64,000 nucleotides of DNA, taken from positions 16,895,409-16,959,408 of the forward strand of contig NC_081387.1 in assembly GCF_030684315.1 (NCBI RefSeq), read 5' to 3'. Source of the stretch: Stegostoma tigrinum (taxonomy: Eukaryota). Position 1 is the first letter of the stretch; the number at the start of each line of letters is the position of its first letter. This document shows, in pieces, positions 52,053 through 63,829 of this stretch. The translations under genes were made by a program, and so were the position numbers. Under the pieces are notes generated by a model that made no database searches, was not told the origin of the DNA, and saw only the letters and a list, made by a program, of their open reading frames with translations.

Positions 52053-52154
52053 ACAAAGGATGTGAACCAGCAGCCAACCTACAATCAAACTTGACTGTTG
52101 CTTCTTGTGTGTCAATTGCTTTCCTATTGGCACTTCTTATCTTTCACGCTATAC
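52053..52154 (+). CDS. Gene B exon: KGCEP loop plus TM5
   Basis: attgcag|AC ... C|GTAAGT; 102 nt. DKGCEPAANLQSNLTVASCVSIAFLLALLIFHAI. Confidence 0.87.
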
Positions 52155-52339
52155 GTAAGTTGATGCGGGTTGTATCAAAAAATTTTCCACTTCCCTCACT
52201 CTCTACCACCACTGAAAGTCTATGTGGGAACCTTTTTTTTTGTATGTTTAGCCCATGACTATCCAGCCACTAACTTTTTGACTGAGTCAACAGAAGCAGT
52301 GGGCTGGGAATGTGAAATTCCACTTAAATCGTGAAAATA

Positions 52340-52910
52340 AAAGAAATGCAGATGCTGGAAATCTGAAACAGAAATTGCTGGGAAAGCTCAACCGGTCTGG
52401 CTGCATCTGTGGATACAAAAGTGTTAACGTTTCAAGTCCAGTGACCCTTCTGCCGAACTGATAGTAGCTGGAAAAAAGTTGGTGTTTGCTGAAGACAGGG
52501 GCATGAGGTGGCTAAAGGATTGAGTGCACAGACAGAGATGGAGCCCAGACACCCAGGGAGAGGAAGGGATGGATGATAAAAAGCCAGAGAGAAAGAAAAG
52601 CTGACAATGAGGACTGTAAGTGGGTGCGTTCAGATTCTAAAGTTGTTGAATCGGCTTTCTGCCTGGTGCACTACCATCCAACCCTCCATCTGCCTGACCA
52701 TTGTTCCCTGTCTGTCTGGGCTCCACGACTACCTATCCACTCACTCCTTTTCTCTCTGCCCCCCCCCCCACCACCGCGTGCATTCAGCGTATAGAGCACT
52801 CCGTCCTCGCTAACATCCATGCTGAGGAAAAGTCACCAAAACTCTGCTGTCTCTCCACCGATGCCGTCAGACATGTTGGGTTTCTCCAGCAATTTGTTTA
52901 TTTTTTCTGA
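52340..52910. mobile_element. Inverted PLE terminal-repeat pair (second family)
   Basis: gatgctggaaatctgaaac..ctggctgcatctgtgg and the reciprocal ..gatgccgtcagac..ttctccagcaatt. Confidence 0.7.
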
Positions 52911-53514
52911 CTCTTACTACCTGGTTAATGTCAGGAGTGTTGGAGTGTGGAAGGTTGGCACATTGGCACTGTGATAGACCCTGGAGTAATATAACTGGGT
53001 ATGGATAGACTGGACAAATGTCAGTTCAGTATCTGCATCAGAGTCCCATGTAAGTGGTCCCATAATCCTTTGTGATCAGGAGACTTCATTCTCGTGAACA
53101 GTGTCTGGTTAATGATGTTTGACTTGGGATTTAGGACGATGAAATCTATTGTCTGAAGTGAATCTGGCTGGATCATTGCAACCTCTGAGGCCTTCTCTCC
53201 ACTGCTGAAACTGTCAGCACCTCAGAGCCCTGGAATTCAGAAAGAAGATTAGTTAATGCAAAAGTGATAACGTAAGGGACATCTTCATAGTTTGAACGTG
53301 CAGTGGCAGGTCATTTCGCCACAGAGACGTTCTTGGTCTAGTTACATACATAAGCAAGAAAGAAATACCCATCTTTTATTTCTTTTTCTCTTGCCAAACT
53401 TGTTGCTTTGCTTTTGTTTGCACATTTCTGTTTGCCAATTATGACACTGCCAGGCCACCCAAGGCTGATGGATAATGTCATCGGGTTTTGAAATGATGGC
53501 GCGAGATTTAACAG

Positions 53515-53558
53515 ATTTCTGCAAAGCTTCTTTGCTTTTTCAGCTGAAGAATTGTGAA
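53515..53558 (+). CDS. Gene B candidate tail mini-exon
   Basis: tttaacag|AT ... GAA|GTGAGT; 44 nt, phase 1 to 0. HFCKASLLFQLKNCE. A stronger competing acceptor at 53543 would give PEEL-stop. Confidence 0.4.
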
Positions 53559-55273
53559 GTGAGTGGAGAGTAATTTCATGCAGCCTGTTAATCTGAAGGT
53601 AGTATGAAGGCTAAAGTTCAACTTGTTTTGAGAAAGATTTTGTTTATTGAAATTCTTTGCTAATTTCACTAAATCACTCTTACTTCCATCATCAACAGTT
53701 GTGAATCGGAATGAAAGGAGATCTAGAAATCGATCTGAAAATGCCAGTGCAAACAACATCGATAAACATGAGCAAGTTGTAAGTATGGGTAATGGAAACA
53801 AGTGACAGTTTAGAGATAGAGCTGTTGCTGTAAATCTTTCCGTAAGTGAGCTTTCGTGATGACTTCACAGCTCATCATAATCAGAAATGGGAATGTTGTT
53901 TTATTTTGCTGCTGTGCCGGAGTAATTTTCAGGGAGAATGCAGAATGTTCTATGAATAGTGGAGCACATGGGTAAGTATGTCCAGGATGAAAACACAAAA
54001 AAAAATGCTGAAAATCACAACGGGGTCAGGCAGCATCCACAGAGAGAACACGCTAATGTTTTGAGTCAAGATGACTCTTCTTCAGAGCATACATTGTGTT
54101 GACTTCTAGCAGTGATGTTTCACCCACACGTGAAGGGGATTCTTTTGCCTCTGTTGTGTTCAGACCACCAATTAATGGGCAATGAAAAAAAAACTTTCCT
54201 CGTTGACAGCATGTACAAGATCGAATTAATGTTGGAACATTGGAAATGCAATAGGCCCTTTATCCTGACCAGCCTGCTCTGCTGTTTACTACAGTTGTGG
54301 ATGATAAGACACTCAGTGCCTTTTACTGAACCCCATCCCATAATGCTGCATACCATAATCTATCAACCCATCTCTACCTTTTTACACATTATTTAACACG
54401 TGAGCTACTGTGGTGGAGAATTCCCAAGATTTGCGACCCTCTGAGTAAAAAGATTTCTCGTCCTGTTCATTGTAAATGGTTTCCCCTTTTTACTTTTAAA
54501 TTATACCCCCGCCCCCGCCCCGAGGCCTAGGCTCCTCAGCCTCGAGTAACCTCTTAACTGCACCTCCCTGACAATCCCTTAAGTATTTTGCAGGTTTCAA
54601 TGAGATCCCCTTCTAATTCTGTGACAGTCCAGAAACTACAGCTCAGTTTGTCCAATCCATCTTCATAGGACAGCTCCACTGTGAACCTTTGCTATGTCCT
54701 GTGAATGGCAACAATATCCTTCCTCTAGTGTAGACCTAGACTGCACACAGCACTCTGCATGTCGTTATACAACTGAAGCAAGACATTACCACTTCCTGAT
54801 AACACATGGCTGCAGCAAACTAACCTTCTGTCACAATAGACAGGGAAAGGCTGTTTTCCCCTTGAGAGACAGTTGTGATAAAAGGAGGGTTATTGTTTAA
54901 AAACAAGCGCTGGCTCATTAAAGAGAGATGAGGAAAAATGAAATCCACTGTGAGGTTTGAGGAAATGCTGTCCTTTAAAACGCTGGTGGACAGAGGAGTG
55001 GGGGAGGTTGGACACTTAATGGGGAAAGTTAATAGAGCAGGAAAATGGAAACTATTGTCATGACACTGGGCCTTAGAGTCACAGATGTGGATTGGAAGAC
55101 TCTGGACAAGGGAGAACAGGATTGGAAGAAATAGGCCTAGCATGTTTCTGCCCACGAGGAGAGGTTCAGTTTCTTGGGGCAGTCAAACTGAAATCAATGG
55201 CTAACATCTTTAATGTGTCTTTTTTATGTCTCTTTGTTTCTTCCCCCCCCCCCCCCCCCCCGCCCCGCTGTAG

Positions 55274-55363
55274 GTGCTAAATGAAGAATCATGTAAATTC
55301 ACTAGCACTGATCTGGGTGAAGAGATGCTTCAAACTGAGAGCACTGTTCTCAAAGAAGAATAG
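55274..55363 (+). CDS. Gene B candidate terminal coding exon
   Basis: Very long pyrimidine tract with poly-C, then tgtag|GTG. VLNEESCKFTSTDLGEEMLQTESTVLKEE-stop in phase 0. Confidence 0.5.
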   Translation: MLNEESCKFTSTDLGEEMLQTESTVLKEE

Positions 55364-56149
55364 CCTTAAGTAGTAAAACACCATTCCCAGTGGCCAACTG
55401 CCTCCTGTCCAGAAGCACGGTTTGTGGAACTCTGCCTTTCAATTCAGAGTTTCAACTTGTGCAGATGACGTTTCCACTCACAAGGCAAATGTTACTGAAA
55501 TCATGCCTGGGGTCCCTCACTGTCAGTGGCTCTTCAGAAAGCAACAGGTGCCTTGGAATTTGTATCCATTTCCCCTCAGTTCGACCTCAATTCCTGCCCA
55601 GAATTTTTCAATATCAAAAGAAATAGGAACAGGAGGAGGCCATTCAGCCCACTTTGCCCTTCAGTAAGACTGTGGCTGCTCTGGATGTGAACTTAACTCT
55701 ACTTTCTGGCTTGTCTCCCCATACAGTTCCCCCACCGTATAATAACCCTTGCGAACTCAACTGTCTACCTCAACCCAGATTGTGTTCTATGACCTGGACT
55801 CCAGTCCTCTGGAAGAAAATTCTGAAGTCTGATGTTACTCTGAGGAGGAAAACAATCTCCTTGTCTGTCTTAACGTGAAGCCCTCACTGTTTCAAACACA
55901 CTCCCTAGCTCTAGATTTCCCCAAAGAGGTTAACTTTAGTTTAGCATCTATCATGGTATCATCCCTCAGTGTCATATGGGAATATGATACATTTTTTTTC
56001 CATGAGAATACGTATCTTTTTTGAGACTCTATTGGGTAATGGCCTACAGTACTCAATCTTTTATTCATAAGGTAACTGTTCCAAATTAACTCTAACTTTC
56101 CATTTCAGAAAGAAAAATGTACACTATGCTAGGCCGAGATCCCCTACTC

Positions 56150-56730
56150 AGACCATTGCTTCACATTTCTCCACTTCCCATCCACGGCCCTCCACAACAC
56201 TTGCCCCTACTGCCTTTCCCTCCTTGCCTCCACCTTGCACCCCTTTCTCCCTTCATCCCCTCTGCTCACTCCCCTTCAACCCCTCACCTCTCCCAGTCCC
56301 CTCCCTCCTCACCCTCCACATTCCATCTTAGCTCTCATCTTCTCTGCCCCTCCCCCAGCCTCCAAAGACACCATCCACCCTTCCCACCCCCTCCTTCCTC
56401 ACCATCTCCACCCCCTGCATCCCCAGCCTACCCTCTTAGCTCTCCACCATCCACCCCTCGCTCTCCTCCATCCATCATCCCTTCTTTTTTCTTTTCTTAC
56501 ACCTCCCCTTATATCCTCCTCCTCATCACCCCTCCCATCCGCCTCTGCCCTCTCACATGTACCCATTGCCTCCTCAGCCCCCTCAACTCTGCCAGCCTCT
56601 CCTCCCACCCCCGATCTCACCAGTCCCCATCTTCTCCCCTCAGCTCCTTCACGCTCTCTTTGTCTTCTCCCCATCACCCCATCCACCTCACACCCCCCCC
56701 ACCTCATCCTTGCCCAACTCCCAACACATC
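56150..56730. repeat. C/T-rich low-complexity tract
   Basis: About 580 nt strongly depleted of G on the + strand. Confidence 0.9.
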
Positions 56731-58089
56731 CTGAGGAAGCTCTGCCATGACAGGGTTTTTGTTTCAAGTCTATGGGTGTGAGGCTAAAAAGGCACAGCAG
56801 GTCAGAGTGCATTCGAGGATCAGGAAAGTCAACATTTGGCGAAAACCCATCGTCAGACCTGCTCCTCGGATGCTATCTGACCTGCTGTGCTTTTCCAGCC
56901 TCACACTTGTAGACTCTGCCTTCCAGGATCTGCAGTCCTTATTCTCGCCTCCTGTCTCTTTTGGTTCCTGAAGCTTTATCTTCCTTTTGCCAGGGAAGCC
57001 TTAGTGCAATTTATATAACTTTTTAAAAAAGATTAATATGTAACACTTTACAACTTTTTGTGTATGTCTGAATTTTTAAAATGGTGCTTTATGTGAATTA
57101 TTTGCTTTGCATATTTTTATGGCTAACACCAGCAAGCCAATACTTACTCGCCGCATTTGATTATGCTGAGGTTTTCTTGTGTCATCCATTCATTTCATTT
57201 TATTGTCATTCATTCCCTTGCTGTCGTTGGTCCTGCTGAAACTAACGTTGAACATTCCTAGTTGCTCTTGTGATGATAATATTGAACGGAGTTCCTAAAC
57301 CACTGAAGTCTGCCTTGGGATGGTTCCTCCCACAGCCATGTGAAAGTTAAATAAAATGTAGGAAATCAGTTAGCTCTGCAAAAGGAGAGCATTTCTGTCT
57401 GTGCTACCCTTTTTTAATTGGACCAAATGGAACAGAAAACAAAATTGTAACAGTGTCCCACTTATTAGGATGTCAGGTACATGAGCTGAATATTACTGTT
57501 AAGATAATGCACTGATCTTGTTCATCTGGCAAAAATGAGCTAGTTAAAGGAGAGGACAGAAGCTTTTGAGAACGGACAGGGCAATTAAATTCTCCTACAC
57601 TGTTGCATTTTAACTTTTTTATATACATTTTCTGTACATGTATTTTGACATTGAGACTTTGGGAGAATTTTATAAGGGCTATTTTATCATAAATATGGGT
57701 TTCCTAAACTCCGAAAGCCACTGAACTTTGAACTGTGACACATTTGAATCTGGAACCAAATTGTCAGGTACAGCTATAAAATATAACCATTTCTAAACTG
57801 TTTGTAAATACTACTGCCTGTATTTATTGCATTTAATAAACCAAAGACCGACAATGATTGGAAGTCTTGTGATAACTCACCTGAGATTGGGCAATGTTCC
57901 GATATTGTTGCATGCAGGGAAATGTAAATGGATTTGACACTGCCATTATCATGAAACAATGCATCTGCTAGTTTGAATGAATGGTCATTCATGAAGGTGG
58001 TTGGTGTGGAACAATAGTCTCAGAATCGTGCAGTGAATCAAGGGCAATTCAAGCACCTGACTGGACATTGGGGAGTGAACCTTTAATTA

Positions 58090-60290
58090 TTCATTCGCAG
58101 GGCATGGGCATGGCTGGCTGGGCAGCACTTATTGCCCGTCCCTGGCTGCCTGTGAGAAGCTGCTGGTGAGCTGCAGTCCATGTCCTATGGGTAGATCCAC
58201 AGTGCCCTTGGGAGGGAATTCCAGGATTTTTACCCGGCGACAGTGAAGGAATGGTGACGCATTTCCAAGCCGAGATGATGAGAGAGAGTTTGGAAGCTGC
58301 TGCCGAAAGGATCTTCAGTGAATTTCTGCAGTGCGCCTTGTACACACTGCCCCTCATGAGTGTGTGTTGCAGGAGTGGACGCTTGGGAGGGTGGTGCCAA
58401 TGAATGCAGGCTGCACTGCCCTGCATGGTGTTCAGCTTGTTGACTGTTGTTGAAGCTGCACCCATCCAGGCAAGTGGGGAGTATTCCATCACACTCCTGA
58501 CTTGTGCCTCGTAGCTAGTTGACAGGCTTCGGGGAGTCAGGAGGTGAGTAATTTGCTGCATGATTGTGGTCAATGGTACCCCCTCCAGGATGCTGATTTG
58601 GGGGGATTCAGTGATAGTAACACCATTGAATGTCAAGTGGAGGTGGTCATTGCCTGGCATTTGTGTGGTGCAACTCTTACTTGCCAGTTGCCAGCCCAAG
58701 CCTGGATATTTTCCAGATCTTATTGCATTTGAACATGGTATGCTTCAGTATCTGAGGAATTGCAGATGGTGCTGAATATTGTGCAATCATCAGCAAACAT
58801 CCACATTCTGACCTTACGATGAAGGGAGGGCCATTGATGAAGCAGCTGAAGCTGGTTTCGCCTAGGACACTACCCTGAGGAACTCCTGCAGAGATGTTGT
58901 GGAACTGATATAACTGACCTCCAAGCAAGAACTGGACCCAAAACATTAACTCTGACATTTTTTTTTCTTCACAGATGTTGCTAGACCTGCTGGGCTTTTC
59001 CAGCAGCTTCTGCTTTTGTTCCTGATTTACAGCATCCGCAGTTCTTTCAGTTTCCATCAGCCCATGTAACACATATGTCTCGAATCACCAGAGAGTTTGC
59101 TCCAATATCCATTGATTTCAGTTTTGCTTGAACTCAATGATGCCACACTCTGTTGAATACAGCCTTGATGTTAAGGGCTGTCATTCTCTCTCCTCACCTC
59201 TGGAAATTAGCTCATTTGTCCATGTTTGAACCAGGGCTGTAACAAGGTCAGGAGCTGAGTGGCCCAGGCAGAACCCAAACTGGGCATCACTGAGCAGGCA
59301 CTGGCTGATAGACCCCTTCCATCACTTTACTGATGATTGAGAGGAGACTGATGGGGCAATAATTGGCTGGGTTGGATTTGTCCTGCTTTTTATGTACAGG
59401 ACATACCTGGGCAAATTTTCCACATTGTCCAGTAGATACCAGTGTTGTAACTGTACTGGAACAGCTTGGGAATGGTAAGTTCTGGAGCACAAGTCCTCAG
59501 TCTATTGCAGGAATGTTGTCAGGGTCCATAACCTTTGCAGTACCCAGTGTCTCCAACCATTTCTTGTTATCATGTGGAATGAATTGAATTGGCTGAAGGT
59601 ATGTGTAGTTCTGGTGACCACACAGAGGAGGCCGAGATGGATCATCCACTGGTACTTCCGGCTGAAGATTGCTCTAAGGATGGCCATCTTGTGGAGCCTT
59701 CTTCTCCCAGTGAGACGTTTAAAATGTCCACTACCATTTGCGATTGGATGTGGTGAGACTAAAGCTTAGACCTGATCTGTTGGTTGTAGGATCACTTAGC
59801 TTTGTTCGTTGCTCACTGTTTGGCATCTTCAGGTCTGCCTGGTGCTGATCCTGGCATGCACTCTCCATTTGAGCCAGGGTTGATCCCCTGTCTTGATGGG
59901 GATAGTTCAGCTGGGGTAGAGGCGGGCTGTGATATTACACATTGCTTCAGAATACAGTTCTCTGTTGTTGATCGCCCACAGTGCCCCATGGATGCCCAGT
60001 CTTGAGCTGCTAGTGTTTTTTATTTTTGAAGCTTGTCCTGTTTAGCACAGCAATAGTGCTGCACAGTAAGATGAAGGTTATTGTCAATGTGAGGGCAGGA
60101 CTTTGCCTCCACAAGGACTGTGCGATTGTCACCCTTACTGATACTGACGTGGACAGAAATATAAGCAGCTGGCAGATTGGTGACGACGAGGGCAACTCCG
60201 TTTCTTCTTACATCTGCTGGCCAATCAGAGGTCACGCCTCTGAAAGGCAGTGTCCCCAGTGAAGTGATGGCCTCTGCCAATACAATACTC
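58090..60290 (-). mobile_element. Degraded CR1-clade LINE ORF2, about 2.2 kb with deletions and a nested PLE fragment (58925-59055)
   Basis: AQVCPVHKKQDKSNPANYCPISLLSIISKVMEG; AGVPQGSVLG..FSCFIN; YEAQVRSVMEYSPLAWMGAASTT. Confidence 0.88.
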
Positions 60291-60660
60291 ACTGGAGAAA
60301 TCTCAGACCTCGCTGGATCCCAGATAGGGTCGTAGAGTGGGAATTGGAGGGAAGGGGGTCACCACGTCCAGAAGCGAAAACCGGCCATCCTTGAGAATGA
60401 ATGCACCAATTGTATTAGACTCCATTTGAGATAAGCAAGTGTACCGAGAATGTGAATCAACAGATCAAGCAGTTTCAGAGCAGAACAAACCAGGCCATAC
60501 TTCAAGCTGACAGATGTTCCAGGCACACCAGGCAGAACCATCACAGGGAAACAGCAGGACACAAATGCAGTGGAACATATCATCAGAGTAGAAGAAGGCA
60601 GTTCCAGTGTGGGAAAAGGAGTGTCCTCACTGCAAGTAGTTGCATCATTTTGCACACAAT
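60285..60660 (+). mobile_element. Possible decayed Gypsy Gag zinc-knuckle fragment
   Basis: KCSGTYHQSRRRQ../KECPHCK*LHHFAH across frameshifts resembles a Gypsy Gag C-terminus. Confidence 0.35.
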
Positions 60661-60789
60661 TATATAATTAAAAGTAAGCATTACAAACATCTCTCCTCAA
60701 ATGAGGCGGTGAGAATGAAAGGTGCCCCTGAAGTTCAGAAATGACTGTTTTTAAGATGGTGTGAAGATTTACATCTGGCATAACACGTC

Positions 60790-61970
60790 TCTCTTCCAGG
60801 TCATAATATGGGATAAGATAAATTTACAGTTGGAGAAAAATAAGTAAATACTAGACAGTCAACACGGCTTTGTCAAGCACAAGTTGTGTCTAATGAGGTG
60901 ACACAGGCAGTGGATGAAGCTAGTGTTGTGGAAAGTAATTTAAATGATGCCACATAGAAATGTTTGGGATTGATGGGTCCTTGGCAGTATGGATTTGATA
61001 TTGGCCAAAAGATTGGAAACAGGCGTTAGGTATCAAACAGCTGAAAGTGATGTTCCTCCAAGATCGAAGTTGGGACCCTTGCTTTTCCTGATTTATAGAA
61101 ATGATTTGGAGACTGGAGTTGAGGGCAAAGACTCAAACTTTGCAGATGATACTAAGTTAGGGAGCGTAGTGAATTGTGAAGATGATGCTGAGTGACTTCA
61201 GGGAGACATTGACAAGTTGGCCAAATGGGCAGACCCCTGGCATATGAATTTAAATACAAGGAAATGTGACATAATGCATTTAAGGTAGAAAAATACCTTG
61301 GAGCACAAGTACATAATTCTCTGATGGTAGGCAGGCAAGTTGGAACAGATGTTAAGAAGGATCATAGGATCCTTGGATTTATAAATTGAGGCATGGAGTA
61401 TAAAAGCAAAGAAGTGATGCTACACTTCTAGAATTGGTGAGACTGCATTTGGAATATTGTGGTCAGTTCTGGGTGCCATATTTAAGGAAGGATGCTAAAG
61501 CCTTGGAGGAAGCATAAAGGAGATTCACTAGGAAGATACAAGGAATGAGGTATTTTCGATGCAAGGAAGGAAGGATTCGAGAATTTGAGCTTTTTCTCCT
61601 TGGATCAGAGAGGATTAAAGATGATCTTACTGAAGTATTCAAAATTGTGACAATATTGACAGGAAAAAGAAGGATATTCTGTTTCCACTATTTAGTGCTA
61701 ACTAGGGGTCATAATTTCACGGTTGTCAGTACAAGAGCTATGAGTGAGATAAGCAGAGGCTTCATCACTCAGAGAATTGTTAGAATTTGGAATGCACTGT
61801 CTGGAAGAGTGGTGGAGGCAGGTTCCATTGGAGTTTGCAAAGGAAACCTGGATATATATTTGAAAGTGATTAGCTATGGCGATAGGGCTGGACAATGTGA
61901 CTAGCTGAGACCTGGTACACACGTAATGGGCCAAATGGTCTCCTACACTACTGTAAAATTCTATGATTCA
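60790..61970 (+). mobile_element. Degraded CR1 LINE (RT to 3' tail)
   Basis: DVPPRSKLGPLLFLIYRNDLE..FADDTKLG; TRGHNF..ITQRIVRIWNAL; tail ttctatgattc. Confidence 0.88.
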
Positions 61971-62462
61971 ATTATTTTCTATAGCATGGTTAATCTAAAC
62001 CACTGATCCCTCAGTCGTTCTGTCTCCCTTGCAAATTCCATAAATACCTGAATACATTTCTTTCTTGTAATCCTAAATTTTAATTGATAATGCACACCTT
62101 CATGAGCATTGAGTATTACCTCTTTGACAGTGTCATTCACTGCAGATTATTATTTGGATAAACTGATGCATCTATGAAAATATTCTGTGACATTAAGATC
62201 TATTCCTCTTGTGGCTATTTCATCTGTCGAGCGACTTTCTCAATCGAGGTAAAATATTTTTCAAATCCATTCTCATTAAATTTAGGCACGCAGCTTGGAT
62301 TCTTAGTTAAATCAAATCCCACTTTGCAATCAAAATCATCCTCAAAGCTAGTACCTCTGTTTTTCTTGATTCGAAGCTATCCTACAGCAAACACACATTC
62401 TCTAAGTTGTCTACCCCTTTGGATTTCAAGTTTCTTAAAAAAAACTATCATTTTCTCTGTTA

Positions 62463-63406
62463 GAGATAATGGGAACTGCAGATGCTGGAGAATCCGAGAT
62501 AATAAAATGTGAGGCTGGATGAACACAGCAGGCCAAGCAGCATCTCAGGAGCACAAAAGCTGACGTTTCGGGCCTAGACCCTTCATCAGAGAGGGGGATG
62601 GGGAGAGGGAACTGGAATAAATAGGGAGAGAGGGAGAGGTGGACCGAAGATGGAGAGTAAAGAACATAGGTGGAGAGAGTATAGGTGCGGAGGTAGGGAG
62701 GGGATAGGTCAGTCCAGGGAAGACGGACAGGTCAAGGAGGTGGGATGAGGTTAGTAGGTAGATGGGGGTGCGGCTTGGGGTGGGAGGAAGGGATGGGTGA
62801 GAGGAAGAACCGGTTAGGGAGGCAGAGACAGGTTGGACTGGTTTTGGGATGCAGTGGGTGGGGGGGAAGAGCTGGGCTGGTTGTGTGGTGCAGTGGGGGG
62901 AGGGGACGAACTGGGCTGGTTTAGGGATGCAGTAGGGGAAGGGGAGATTTTGAAACTAGTGAAGTCCACATTGATACCATATGGCTGCAAACCAGCCCAG
63001 TTCGTCCCCTCCCCCCACTGCACCACACAACCGCCCAGCTCTTCCCCCCCACCCACTGCATCCCAAAACCAGTCCAACCTGTCTCTGCCTCCCTAACCGG
63101 TTCTTCCTCTCACCCATCCCTTCCTCCCACCCCAAGCCGCACCCCCATCTACCTACTAACCTCATCCCACCTCCTTGACCTGTCCGTCTTCCCTGGACTG
63201 ACCTATCCCCTCCCTACCTCCCCACCTACACTCTCTCCACCTATCTTCTTTACTCTCCATCTTCGGTCCGCCTCCCCCTCTCTCCCTATTTATTCCAGTT
63301 CCCTCCCCCCATCCCCCTCTCTGATGAAGGGTCTAGGCCCGAAACGTCAGCTTTTGTGCTCCTGAGATGCTGCTTGGCCTGCTGTGTTCATCCAGCCTCA
63401 CATTTT
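62463..63406. mobile_element. Young head-to-head inverted Neptune-type PLE with 13-bp TSD
   Basis: Arms about 62499-62918 and 62990-63409 are near-perfect reverse complements. attttctctgtta at 62450-62462 and 63407-63419. Confidence 0.93.
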
Positions 63407-63829
63407 ATTTTCTCTGTTATCCTGTGTTTCCTTAAACTCCTGTCTTTTCATTTCAAACTGCATCTTCGCTTTCCCAGCTGTGACATCCCAATTTTAGTTT
63501 ACCTTTCTTCCAGTTCTAAGTAGAAACACAAAATATGCGCAGGAATAGGCCTGTTGAGTCTGCTTTGCAATTCACTATGATCGTGGCTGATCAATCTCTC
63601 CAAACCAATTGATCCCTTTACCCCAAAGAAATGTACCTAACTTCTCCTTGAAAGGATTTATGTTTTCACCTCAGCCATTTTCTGATGTAGAGAATTCCAC
63701 AGGCTCACCACTCCCTTCAGTGAAGAGGTCTTTCCTCATCTCAGTCTTATGTGGCCTACCCTGAATCCATAGACTGTGACTTCTGGTTCTGGACCCTATA
63801 TAGTCCTAATGGAATTTTATAAGTAACCA

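Noticed and set aside
690-55363. Assigning a gene symbol (CD47, CD2, SLAMF, CEACAM, HEPACAM)
   Set aside because: Only domain-level resemblance. I see no direct sequence match to CD47, and the architecture fits none of these genes exactly.
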